Notes under the pieces: model-generated
Seen by the model: the letters and a program-made list of their open reading frames with translations, nothing else
Databases searched by the model: none
What the model was told of the DNA's origin: nothing
DNA from: Planctomycetales bacterium
Lineage (GTDB): Bacteria; 4484-113; JAFGCY01
Direction: 5' to 3'
Assembly: GCA_022646745.1 (NCBI GenBank)
Contig: CP060262.1
Span: 2,400,001 to 2,432,000, forward strand
DNA: 32,000 nt
Shown here: positions 14,263 to 22,895 of the stretch, piece by piece
Layout: the number at the start of each line of letters is the position of its first letter
Position numbering within the stretch: position 1 is the first letter of the stretch
Position numbers and translations under genes: made by a program

Positions 14263-14347
14263 TTCGCTAATTTCTCGCTTCTTGATTGAAATTTAACCGA
14301 CTGTCGATGCAGATTCGCCGGTTTTAACTGGATTTATTTTTTATTAT

Positions 14348-14376
14348 TTGTAAAGGATAGGTTAATTGTGTAAACT
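14348..14376 (+). promoter_or_regulatory. Candidate sigma70-type promoter TTGTAA-17-TAAACT abutting the start codon
   Basis: TTGTAA at 14348-14353, a 17-nt spacer, then TAAACT at 14371-14376. ATG 14384 follows 7 nt after the -10 box. The region is AT-rich and has no SD. Confidence 0.4.
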
Positions 14377-14383
14377 GTAGGTG

Positions 14384-15241
14384 ATGGCTCCCTGGAACAA
14401 CAGGACCAGCCAGTCATCGGGAGTTATAGGGAAGGCAATTAAGGAACACCTCGAGGAAGGGGAGCTCCTGCTCAATGATGTCCTGGTCACGCGTGACAGA
14501 GCCCTTGCCCTGACAGACCGAAGGCTGCTGGAATTCAGCCTGCGCAACAATTTCCTCAAGCGCAGTGTCCGCGTGCGCGAAGTCCCATTCAAGGAAATCT
14601 GCGGCCTCGAGGTCGACGACCTCTGTCCGCACTACATCAACGGCACCCGCCCCTCAGGCTTCAAGCTGAAGCTGACCAATGCCCAGGGCCAGGTGATCGC
14701 CGAATGGTTCGGCGAGAATGACGCGATCGACACCGCCTTCCAGCTGCTGCTGGAGCTGCAGTACCAGCTGCACCTGCAGCATGACCGCGTGCTGGTGGAC
14801 ATGCCGGCCTGGCGTGAGCGCAGTGAGCTGCCGGACGAACTGGGGCGCAAGCTCAACTTCATGCTCGAGCAGGATGAGTGCATCCGCTTTGAGCTGCAGG
14901 GCAAGAACGGCCGTGCCATCTGCGTGACGGACCAGCGCCTGATCCTCGTGCGCCGCGACCGCGAGGCCAGCAGCATCTGGGGTGAGAACAGCGTGATCGA
15001 GATCCCATACTCCCGCCTCGACCGCATCCTGACTTCCTCGCAGATCGTCAACCCGCAGATCGTGATGCACATGGCGGTCTACTTCGAGCGTTTCGGTGAA
15101 CCGCTGCCCGGCGGACGCGCTGAGCACTTAAGCGTGCTTGGTGCGCACTGGACGGACGTGCTGCACCTTTCGCTGGTTGCCATCGCGCTGAAGCACAGCC
15201 TGCGCCAGAGCTACGTGGCCGGGCTGGTCGGGCTGAGCTGA
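14384..15241 (+). CDS. Protein with two YokE-like bacterial PH (bPH) domains
   Basis: Two copies of the pattern L..GE......(G)....A..(L/V)TD(R/Q)RL(L/I).......(V/I)(P)(F/Y)..(I/L): LEEGELLLNDVLVTRDRALALTDRRLLEF..VREVPFKEICGLEV and LEQDECIRFELQGKNGRAICVTDQRLILV..VIEIPYSRLDRIL. GTG 14381 is an alternative start. Confidence 0.7.
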   Translation: MAPWNNRTSQSSGVIGKAIKEHLEEGELLLNDVLVTRDRALALTDRRLLEFSLRNNFLKRSVRVREVPFKEICGLEVDDLCPHYINGTRPSGFKLKLTNAQGQVIAEWFGENDAIDTAFQLLLELQYQLHLQHDRVLVDMPAWRERSELPDELGRKLNFMLEQDECIRFELQGKNGRAICVTDQRLILVRRDREASSIWGENSVIEIPYSRLDRILTSSQIVNPQIVMHMAVYFERFGEPLPGGRAEHLSVLGAHWTDVLHLSLVAIALKHSLRQSYVAGLVGLS

Positions 15242-15242
15242 C

Positions 15243-15396
15243 AACTCAGTAATCAGTAGTCAGTGGTCAGTAGTCAGATTGCTTCGCGTTGCTTCCTGCT
15301 TGATTGAATCTGAATTGCCAGGCATGACCCGCCGTGTTCATATTTCCTCTGCCTTCTGCCTGTTACCTCTGCCCACTGACCACAGACCACTGACCA
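15243..15396 (+). repeat. Heptamer-armed inverted-repeat element, copy 2
   Basis: Five heptamers (aactcag taatcag tagtcag tggtcag tagtcag) lie at 15243-15277. The core at 15278-15320 is nearly identical to 143-185. ctgccttctgcctgttacctctgcc follows. The 3' heptamers ctgacca cagacca ctgacca lie at 15376-15396. Confidence 0.8.
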
Positions 15397-15403
15397 CTTC
15401 CAA

Positions 15404-16186
15404 CTAAAAGTTCAGTGAGATCTTGCCCTTCGGTTGTGTGCGTGGTGGGACCGCCGGCGGTGAACTCTGCAGGATCATCCGGCGCTGCTCGAAGGCCGTC
15501 ATCGTGCTTTCAGCGATCAGGTTGCGTTCCCTGAGCACCGGCAGTACAAGTTTCTCGAACCAGGCAGCGTGCATGCGGTGCGGCATCAGTTCAAACAGGC
15601 GCAGCAGGTCAACCCGCTCGAGCTCATCCTTGAGGATCGCCTGCATCACCTTCACGCGCTGGCGGCTGAAGTCCACCATAAACTCCACCGGCACCATCAG
15701 GAAATAGCGGTAGCTCTGTTCCATGTACTCGATGTCCTCGGCGGCGAAGGCCCAGAATGATAGGTAGTTCATCATCTGGTGGTCGCGGTCCTCTTCCGGC
15801 ACCTGGCGGTAGAAGTTATCAACGTGCCCGCGTGGGATCCCGATGTTGTGCATCGCATGCGCCCAGCAGCGCTGGGTCAGGCTGCAACGGGCCTGCATGA
15901 TCCCCGCCAGCGGGCCATGCTGCGCCAGGCTGACGCTGACGATCTCCCCGCGGGCGAGATCCGCCCGGTCAGCCGCCGAGGGGGCGAAGTAATGCTTGAG
16001 CTGGTAGCGCATGAAGTGCACGTAGGCGCGCAGCGCGTCCAGTTCATCATCGGAGAAGTCCATGTTGCCAAGCGCACGCTGCGCCTGGTCAAGGCTGGCC
16101 TGGCACTGCGTGTGGTTGTCAAGGTAGATCGCCTCCCAGAAGGGGGTGCGGAACTGCGCAAGCCAGTTGTCGAGATGTTGGATCAT
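15404..16186 (-). CDS. Hypothetical cytoplasmic helical protein, LNF-tail family (paralog A)
   Basis: 260-aa ORF with no signal peptide or TM segment. It is colinear with the 16245..17024 product: MQAR..LT.RCWAH, NY(L/I)SFWAF, YRYFL..PV.F.VDFSRQR.KVM, ELMPH, and C-terminus PPRTQPKGKISLNF. No family recognised. Confidence 0.75.
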   Translation of the reverse strand: MIQHLDNWLAQFRTPFWEAIYLDNHTQCQASLDQAQRALGNMDFSDDELDALRAYVHFMRYQLKHYFAPSAADRADLARGEIVSVSLAQHGPLAGIMQARCSLTQRCWAHAMHNIGIPRGHVDNFYRQVPEEDRDHQMMNYLSFWAFAAEDIEYMEQSYRYFLMVPVEFMVDFSRQRVKVMQAILKDELERVDLLRLFELMPHRMHAAWFEKLVLPVLRERNLIAESTMTAFEQRRMILQSSPPAVPPRTQPKGKISLNF

Positions 16187-16244
16187 GCCTCCCAGCCGGG
16201 AAAAGGGGGTTGCAATGAATTGTAGCGGAGAACCGGGGCCGCTG

Positions 16245-17024
16245 TCAGAAGTTGAGGATCTTGCGGCCCTGAGGCACGGTGCGCGGCGGGACCTGCGGAG
16301 AGTCCATCAGCTCACGGCTCTTGGCTGAGAAGGCACCTTCCAGCGCCGGCGTCCACAGTTGCAGGCTCTTGCAGAACGGGACGATGTTGCGCATGAACCA
16401 GCGGATGTGGTAGTAGTGCGGCATCAGCTCGATCAGGCGTTCCACGTCCTTGACCTTGCAGGTACCTTCGATCAGGCCGACCATCACCTTCAGGCGCTGG
16501 CGGCTGAAGTCCACTGCGAAATCCACCGGGCTGGTGAGGAAGTAGCGGTAGGCGGCCTTCAGGTAATCATCCGCGCGCGTGTCAAAGGCCCAGAATGAGA
16601 TGTAGTTCCAGCACTTGGAGTCAACATCAGACTCGGGGATCATGTTGAACCACTGCTCGAACTGCTTGAGGGACAGCCGCACGTCGTAGGAGCGGTGCGC
16701 CCAGCAGCGCAGGGTCAGCAGGATCCGCGCCTGCATCACGGAGGAAGTCGGGTCGATGATCGGCTCGCTCAGGCTGCGCAGCACGTAGAGGATCTGCTGG
16801 CGGCGTTTGTCCTTGTCGGTTGTGAAGGCGTCGCTGACCTGGAACTCAAGGAAGTGCAGCACCATCTTCATGGCCTGCATCTCATCGGTGGAGAGCTTCT
16901 GCTGCGACAGCCAGCGCCATGCATCATCCAGCACCTGGTTGCATGCCCCTTCGTCACGTGTATAGACAAACTCCCTGATCGGGTTGCTGAACTGGGCCAG
17001 CCTGCGGTCTATATGCTCTAACAC
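16245..17024 (-). CDS. Hypothetical cytoplasmic helical protein, LNF-tail family (paralog B)
   Basis: 259-aa ORF starting at GTG 17024, with AAGGA 7 nt upstream. It shares the blocks of paralog A. The C-terminus is PPRTVPQGRKILNF. Confidence 0.75.
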   Translation of the reverse strand: MLEHIDRRLAQFSNPIREFVYTRDEGACNQVLDDAWRWLSQQKLSTDEMQAMKMVLHFLEFQVSDAFTTDKDKRRQQILYVLRSLSEPIIDPTSSVMQARILLTLRCWAHRSYDVRLSLKQFEQWFNMIPESDVDSKCWNYISFWAFDTRADDYLKAAYRYFLTSPVDFAVDFSRQRLKVMVGLIEGTCKVKDVERLIELMPHYYHIRWFMRNIVPFCKSLQLWTPALEGAFSAKSRELMDSPQVPPRTVPQGRKILNF

Positions 17025-17223
17025 TAACTAGTCCTTGATCAAAAAATCAGTCAAAAGACGCTGATTAAGCCGGAATCCTGCCCGGCACCGAATATTACCA
17101 TAACCCAACCGCAGCAAAACATGCAAGCCCTCCATATAAATATGGATATTGGATTAATCGGTGCGCAAAGTCGATGTCGGGGATCCTCCGACTGGCGTCC
17201 GGAATGGAAGTGGCAGTGCAGCC

Positions 17224-18390
17224 TTATTTCTTGGAGCCCATGCCGACCTGCTGGCCGATCTGCAGCGCCTTGCCTTCCGTCATGAAGCTGAAGCTGAAGG
17301 CTATGTCCGTGTTGTGGAATTCACGGATCGTCTGCGCACCGCACAGGCCCATCGAGCTCTTGATGGCGCCGACGAGGTTCTGCGTGCCATCGGTCACCTG
17401 GCTGGGCCCGAACAGCACCTGCTTGAGCGGCACATGCACGTCGCTCTTCACACGCGTGCCGCGCGGCAGGTTCGGGTCCGGCGTCGCCATGCCCCAGTGG
17501 TAGGGGGTGGCGGGGCTCTCCGGGCAGCCGGCGAAGATGCTGCCGGTCATGATTGCGTCAGCACCGGTGGCCAGCGCCTTGCAGATCTCGCCGCCCTTGC
17601 GCATGCCGCCGTCGGTGATGATCGCGACGTATTTGCCGGTCTGCACGTAGAAGTCGTCACGGGCCGCCGCGCAGTCCGCAGTGGCGGTGATCTGCGGCAC
17701 GCCCACGCCGGTCACGCCGCGGGTGGTGCAGGCCTGGCCCGGCCCGACGCCGACGAAGATCGCGTCCGCGCCGGCTTCCATCAGCGAATAGGTGATCTCA
17801 TAACCGCTCACGTTGCCAACCATCAGCGGCACCTTGACGCGGTTGATCAGCTCGCCGATGTCCAGCACATTGCCGCTCTTCGAGCGGTGGCGCATGCTGG
17901 TCACGGTGCTCTGCAGCACGAGGATGTCGATGCCGCTGTCCTCGGCGACCTGGCCGAACCTGATCATGCCGGCCGGGGTCAGCGAGCCCGCGGCCTTCAC
18001 GCCGCCGGCCTGGATCTCCTTGATGCGCTTCGCGATCAGCTCCGGCTTGACCGGCTCGCGGTAGACCTCCTGGAAGATCTTCGTGGCCTCGTCGTTGTCA
18101 GCGGCCACGATGCGGTCAAGGATCGCCTGGTAGTCGTCGTAACGGGTGTAGATGCCTTCGAGGTTGAGGACGCCAAGCCCGCCCCATTCGCCGAACATGC
18201 GGGCGATGTTCACATCGACCACGCCATCCATCGCGGCGGCGAGGATCGGCAGCTCGAACTTCTGCTCGCCCAGCTGCCAGGAGACGTCGACATCATTCGG
18301 GTCGACCGTGCTCTCGCCGGGGATCAGGGAGATGTCGCTGAACCCCAGGGCCAGCTTGATCTTGCGGTTCTTGGAAAGCATGAATTCCAT
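17224..18390 (-). CDS. guaB3: GuaB3-type IMP dehydrogenase-related protein (IMPDH/GMPR fold, no CBS pair)
   Basis: 388 aa: ..[101 protein letters not shown]. This is the TIM-barrel IMPDH family pattern, with a length typical of GuaB3. Confidence 0.88.
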   Translation of the reverse strand: MEFMLSKNRKIKLALGFSDISLIPGESTVDPNDVDVSWQLGEQKFELPILAAAMDGVVDVNIARMFGEWGGLGVLNLEGIYTRYDDYQAILDRIVAADNDEATKIFQEVYREPVKPELIAKRIKEIQAGGVKAAGSLTPAGMIRFGQVAEDSGIDILVLQSTVTSMRHRSKSGNVLDIGELINRVKVPLMVGNVSGYEITYSLMEAGADAIFVGVGPGQACTTRGVTGVGVPQITATADCAAARDDFYVQTGKYVAIITDGGMRKGGEICKALATGADAIMTGSIFAGCPESPATPYHWGMATPDPNLPRGTRVKSDVHVPLKQVLFGPSQVTDGTQNLVGAIKSSMGLCGAQTIREFHNTDIAFSFSFMTEGKALQIGQQVGMGSKK

Positions 18391-18437
18391 TGCTGCCTCG
18401 TCTCCTCGAAATACGCCTGCTGCGAGTGAAGCTGCGC

Positions 18438-18466
18438 ATTATAGCGAGCGGGCAGCCGGGCGTCAA
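18438..18466 (-). promoter_or_regulatory. Near-consensus sigma70 promoter TTGACG-17-TATAAT for the GuaB3-type gene
   Basis: The minus strand reads caTTGACGcccggctgcccgctcgcTATAATgcg (plus strand: attata 18438-18443, cgtcaa 18461-18466). A ~40-nt leader follows, with GAGGAG/GAGG before ATG 18390. Confidence 0.7.
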
Positions 18467-18588
18467 TGTGATTTGCCGCCTCGCCCAAGGGCTCGACGGT
18501 CTGGCGCTGCGGCCGGCAAAGCCGTCCGGGTCGCGCTGTTCGACATCGAAAACAATGCGGATTATTACCTTTCCCGGAGGGGATTAAC

Positions 18589-20886
18589 CTACAGTTCTTC
18601 TGCGGCTTCCGGCTCTTTCCAGCTGACCGTCTCGAAGTCGAACTGTGACAGCCGCTCGATCTCATCCATGTGCCGGCGGTTCCAGTCCAGTTCATCGATC
18701 AGCTGCTGGGTCATCGTGTTGATTTCATAGTGGAAGCTGGATGCAAACTGGCGTCCAAGGCTGAGCCTGTATTCCAGCGCGGCAAGCGGCGCGAACAGCG
18801 CATCGGGCAGCGCATCCGGCAGGTACTCCTCACTGTTCCGCGTCAGCTGCACCGTGAAGTCCCAGGGCCAGTTGCGCCGCATGTTCTTGTTGTCATCCTG
18901 CAAGCTGCGCCTGATCTGGTCGTACTTCGTCAGCGCCTGCGCCTGCTCCGTTGTCAGCTTGCAGTTGGCCTGCACCTCCGAGCCGATCTTGCCCATGTTG
19001 GAAAGCACCATCAGCGGATTGATGTCATTGATGTCTTCGGTTTCCATCAGCCGGCACAGCATCATGTTGATCTCGTCCATGGCCGCCAGGTCCTGCTGTG
19101 CTGCCAATCGCTCAATCAGCTTCTTCAATCCAAGACCATTGATGAGCGTGTAGTTCTCACTCATCATCTGGTCAAATGGCTGCATCGCACAGAGTATCCG
19201 GTCGCGCTGGAGCTGCATGCCTGCAGGTATTGAACGCACCAGCTCCATGCGAAAGTGCCCGGTATGGAAGCTGCACTGCATCGCGTTGCCATCCCTGATC
19301 AGGGAGATGCGCTCTTCATCGTCCAGCCGTGTATCCGATACGGCGATCCAGTACAGCGGGGCTGCTTCATCGAGGCGCGCGGCAAGCTGCTTGATTTCCT
19401 CCAGCAGTTCAGCATGCCGCATATCCGCCTGCTCCGTAGTCAGTCCCGGCGGCTGGCTTTCCTCAGCCTCCCGGAACTCATTCCAGCGCTCCTGGAACAG
19501 CCACAGCTCCCCCGGTGGATTTTCAACGCCACTGGCAATTGCGTCCGCCATGAGTTTGCTCGCAAGCTCCTCATTGTCCGCTGCACCTTCAAACTCGAAT
19601 GCCAGCGGTTCCTCTGCTGCATTGTGCAGCAGTTCATAGCGCAACCGCTGCCAGCGCGGGTCATCACCGAACTGCGGTTCCGCCTGCTGCATCAGTTCAT
19701 GGATGTAGTAATGCCCGCCGCCGAGATCCATGCCCGGCTCCTCGGACTCAGTCGGAGTCGTATCCAGCCCCTTCATCCAGAGCCGCTCAACGGTCTGCTG
19801 CGCATAGCCGAAGTACCAGTCATAGAAGGGGTCGCCAGTATCAGGCTTTAGAGGCTGCAGCCTGGCAGTGTGGATGAACACACTCACGGCGAGCAGCAGC
19901 GGCAGGCCCAATACAACCGCGTAGGTTGGCTTCAGCAGGCTTGAGGGAGCGCTGTCCCGGTCACTGCCGCCAGCGCTACGCGCTTCCAGTGCCTGCCTGT
20001 CATACCGGCCGCTGGCAACGGCCTCGATTGCCGCCAGCGCGTGTGAGCGCAGCAGGCGGGACAGCAGCAGCGGAATCAGCAGCATCAGGCCAATCGTTGC
20101 CAGGCTCATCAGTTTCGCGCCGTCCTCCGGCATGCCCTGGCCGCGGATCACAAGCTGCAAGAGCAGCATCACCATGAGCGGCGCGCCGATCAGCAGCCAC
20201 AGCATCAGCTGCTGGCCCACGGGATGAGCGATCCGCCGGCCGATCAGGATGCCCACATGCAGCAGCAGGCGGAACACCGCCATGCAGATGAAATAGAACA
20301 ACGGCGCCACCAGTGGAACCAGCAGGAACTGCCAGTGCCATTGCAATTTACCGTTGTCAAACAGCGGGAGGGGAAACTTCAGCACGGCACCCAGCAGCAC
20401 ATAGAAACACGGGAACCACAAAAGCGGCGCGATGCGCCGGCGGTGAAACGCCGTCAGGCCGTCGAGGATCGTCGCGCTGTCCAGCGGGTTGCCCTGCAGC
20501 AGGTCGTCAATCCTGAGTGCATTGCTGCGAGCGCGCCCCGTTGACAGGAGCTGCAGCCCCTGGCTGGCGGCGCTGAGCGTCCGCGAGAAGGCCATCAGCA
20601 TTGAGAGGTTGAAGTAGAACCACAGGCAGGCCATCACGGCTACGATCCGGCTGGACTGCACATACAGCGGATTGGTGGCCAGCGGGTCATGCAGCGACAG
20701 CGCCCAGTGCTGGCGGCTGACCAGGATCACGCTGATGAGGAACAGCACTGCGGCCAGCGTGACGAACATCGGGCGCGAGAACCAGCCCCGCCGGTACTCG
20801 CGTGACTGACGGTGCAAGCGCTCGAGCAGCAGTTCGACGGGGTTGTCAAATCCCGAGTGCCTTACTGCCGCTTCCCCTTCATTCAT
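18589..20886 (-). CDS. Hypothetical polytopic membrane protein (765 aa) with large C-terminal soluble region
   Basis: GAGGA lies 7 nt upstream of ATG 20886. There are about 7 hydrophobic helices in the first ~345 aa (e.g. MFVTLAAVLFLISVILV, LLWFPCFYVLLGAVL, LMLWLLIGAPLMVMLLLQLVI, YAVVLGLPLLLAVSVFI). An acidic helical region of ~420 aa follows. No family recognised. Confidence 0.75.
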   Translation of the reverse strand: MNEGEAAVRHSGFDNPVELLLERLHRQSREYRRGWFSRPMFVTLAAVLFLISVILVSRQHWALSLHDPLATNPLYVQSSRIVAVMACLWFYFNLSMLMAFSRTLSAASQGLQLLSTGRARSNALRIDDLLQGNPLDSATILDGLTAFHRRRIAPLLWFPCFYVLLGAVLKFPLPLFDNGKLQWHWQFLLVPLVAPLFYFICMAVFRLLLHVGILIGRRIAHPVGQQLMLWLLIGAPLMVMLLLQLVIRGQGMPEDGAKLMSLATIGLMLLIPLLLSRLLRSHALAAIEAVASGRYDRQALEARSAGGSDRDSAPSSLLKPTYAVVLGLPLLLAVSVFIHTARLQPLKPDTGDPFYDWYFGYAQQTVERLWMKGLDTTPTESEEPGMDLGGGHYYIHELMQQAEPQFGDDPRWQRLRYELLHNAAEEPLAFEFEGAADNEELASKLMADAIASGVENPPGELWLFQERWNEFREAEESQPPGLTTEQADMRHAELLEEIKQLAARLDEAAPLYWIAVSDTRLDDEERISLIRDGNAMQCSFHTGHFRMELVRSIPAGMQLQRDRILCAMQPFDQMMSENYTLINGLGLKKLIERLAAQQDLAAMDEINMMLCRLMETEDINDINPLMVLSNMGKIGSEVQANCKLTTEQAQALTKYDQIRRSLQDDNKNMRRNWPWDFTVQLTRNSEEYLPDALPDALFAPLAALEYRLSLGRQFASSFHYEINTMTQQLIDELDWNRRHMDEIERLSQFDFETVSWKEPEAAEEL

Positions 20887-21044
20887 TCATATATCCTCGC
20901 ATATTCAGCGATTCCACGTCGGTATGAAACAATCCTTGCCGATGCTCTGTTTTGAGATACTCAAGCAATCAGCTTGATCGTCACAGGGCAGCCGGAGTTG
21001 CTCTTATGTTATCGGAACTTCTGGTGATTATCGGCACAGTGAAG

Positions 21045-21596
21045 CTAATCACCTTCACGATCTATGCTGAGTTTAAGACTGGAAAGGTCCATTTTTTCAT
21101 ACTCACCATGAACCGTTACCATGCCGGTTTCGTAAAATGGGATCACTGCAAACAACTCCTGATAGATCACATTGAAGAGAATCCTGTCTTCATTAGTTAG
21201 TGTTGCTTCATCGTATTTCTTACAATCCAATAGCATCATAAGTAGAAAGTAGGATGTTTCATAATCTAAGTCCCGCTCTTCGAAGCGATAGGCATACGTA
21301 TCAACACTTTCCAATGATTGCATTGGATAATCGTTACTGCTTCCGAATTTGTTCCATAAGAAAATAAAGGCTGGAAATATCAGCGATTGTTCTGGAATTT
21401 TTCTCCTAACACTATCATTTGAAGATTGTCCAAGACTCTCTTTCCATAAGGATATTTCCTGACAAAGCCTGCAATTATCCCTGATATGTTGTCCAACAGA
21501 ATCCTGACTATCCTGACCATATGCACTATCAACGAAACTGCAACCACAGATCAGGATGAATGCGGCAATTTTCAAACCTTCAACAATTCGCTTCAT
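21045..21596 (-). CDS. Hypothetical secreted protein (183 aa) in a low-GC islet
   Basis: AAGGTG lies 5 nt upstream of ATG 21596. N-terminal signal MKRIVEGLKIAAFILICGCSFVDSAYG. The composition is markedly AT-rich compared with flanking genes. No family recognised. Confidence 0.6.
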   Translation of the reverse strand: MKRIVEGLKIAAFILICGCSFVDSAYGQDSQDSVGQHIRDNCRLCQEISLWKESLGQSSNDSVRRKIPEQSLIFPAFIFLWNKFGSSNDYPMQSLESVDTYAYRFEERDLDYETSYFLLMMLLDCKKYDEATLTNEDRILFNVIYQELFAVIPFYETGMVTVHGEYEKMDLSSLKLSIDREGD

Positions 21597-21755
21597 TATT
21601 ACACCTTACTTTTGATTACAAGTAAGACTTCTGGGTTGCGAAATCTCTTCTGCCTATGCTGCAGCTCGACGGGGTTGTCAAGTTGCGGCTCCTTCACAGT
21701 ATCTGCTTTCTGTCCCCTTGTCATTACCCGTTCATTCCAATTCGTGCAATTGCCT

Positions 21756-22781
21756 TCATTCCCGTGGCTCCTGCGCATGCAGATTGCCCGGCAGCCCTTC
21801 CATCTCTTGCTCAATGCAGCCGGACAGCAGCTCGTCGCTGACAATCAGCAGCCTGTATTCCATGGCATGGCCAAAGCGATCCCAGGCCGGCAGGTAGAGG
21901 ATGTCCCCCTTGCCAACTGTGCCCGGCACGGCCATGCCCAGTTCGCGCTCGAAGTCCCAGGGGCTGTGGGGCAGGGCAGCGCAGACCGCTCCCGGAATCC
22001 TCGTCAGGTCGCCAATATTGTCAGGGTACTCGTTGTGACGCTCGCGGTACAACTCCAGCATCCGCTCCAGGCAGGCATGCGCAGTAAGCAGTGCTGCACT
22101 GCGGTCCTCCTTGCCGTGGTAGGCCAGGAAGCTGTGCATCTCGGTGTCAGCCAGCTGCTCCTCCATCCCCCGGTCAGCACTGCGGTCATAGGCTGGTTTG
22201 CCCTGCTGCATTGCCAGGATGGCGCTCAGCGGCTCCACCTGCTCGAAGGGATAGCTCCCGCCCTCCAGATTGGCAACGAGGTCCTCAAGGGCTGGGGCGC
22301 TCGCGGCAGTGCGCACCCAGGCCATCCCGCCGTCCGGCAGCTCTGCCTGGTATACCCGGCCGATCGGGTACAGCGGCCAAAGCGAGGCATATTCCACGCC
22401 CGGCATGCGGATGATGCATTCGGCCGAAACGACTGCGGCCATCGCCGCCGGGTCCACGCCTTCCGGGCAGACGCCGGGGTTGAGCGGGTCGACCCTTGGG
22501 TTTGACAGCGGGCCGTCGTGCTCGAACAGCAGCGGCTCGCCGGTGCTCATCCAGCTCCAGCCGACGCGGGCTTCCGTGGCATCCTCAAGTATCGAGTAAT
22601 CGACGCTGAAGTAGGGCATGCCGAAGTAGACCATGTCGTAACCGGCGGCATTGGTCGCCACGATCTCAATGAGCGGTGGTTCATATTCGTCGGACAATTC
22701 AATGTCGCCGGATTCCTGCGCTTGAGCATTGGCAGCGATCATGAATACTGCGCTCAGCAGTGCAAAGATCCATTTATGCAT
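21756..22781 (-). CDS. Hypothetical secreted protein (341 aa)
   Basis: GAGGTG lies 4 nt upstream of ATG 22781. Signal peptide MHKWIFALLSAVFMIAANAQA|QE. Codon bias matches the host. No family recognised. Confidence 0.75.
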   Translation of the reverse strand: MHKWIFALLSAVFMIAANAQAQESGDIELSDEYEPPLIEIVATNAAGYDMVYFGMPYFSVDYSILEDATEARVGWSWMSTGEPLLFEHDGPLSNPRVDPLNPGVCPEGVDPAAMAAVVSAECIIRMPGVEYASLWPLYPIGRVYQAELPDGGMAWVRTAASAPALEDLVANLEGGSYPFEQVEPLSAILAMQQGKPAYDRSADRGMEEQLADTEMHSFLAYHGKEDRSAALLTAHACLERMLELYRERHNEYPDNIGDLTRIPGAVCAALPHSPWDFERELGMAVPGTVGKGDILYLPAWDRFGHAMEYRLLIVSDELLSGCIEQEMEGLPGNLHAQEPRE

Positions 22782-22895
22782 TTGCCACCTCTTTGTGATG
22801 CATACCCCACGTCATTGAGTATATCGTGGATTCCCTGAGCTCCGGCGGGGAGGTGCGACACTTGATGTCGCACAACCTGCATGCCGCGAAGCTAT

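Noticed and set aside
17161-18429. 422-aa plus-strand ORF antisense to the GuaB3-type gene
   Set aside because: It is a shadow ORF. The minus strand encodes an unmistakable IMPDH-family TIM barrel with its own promoter and SD.
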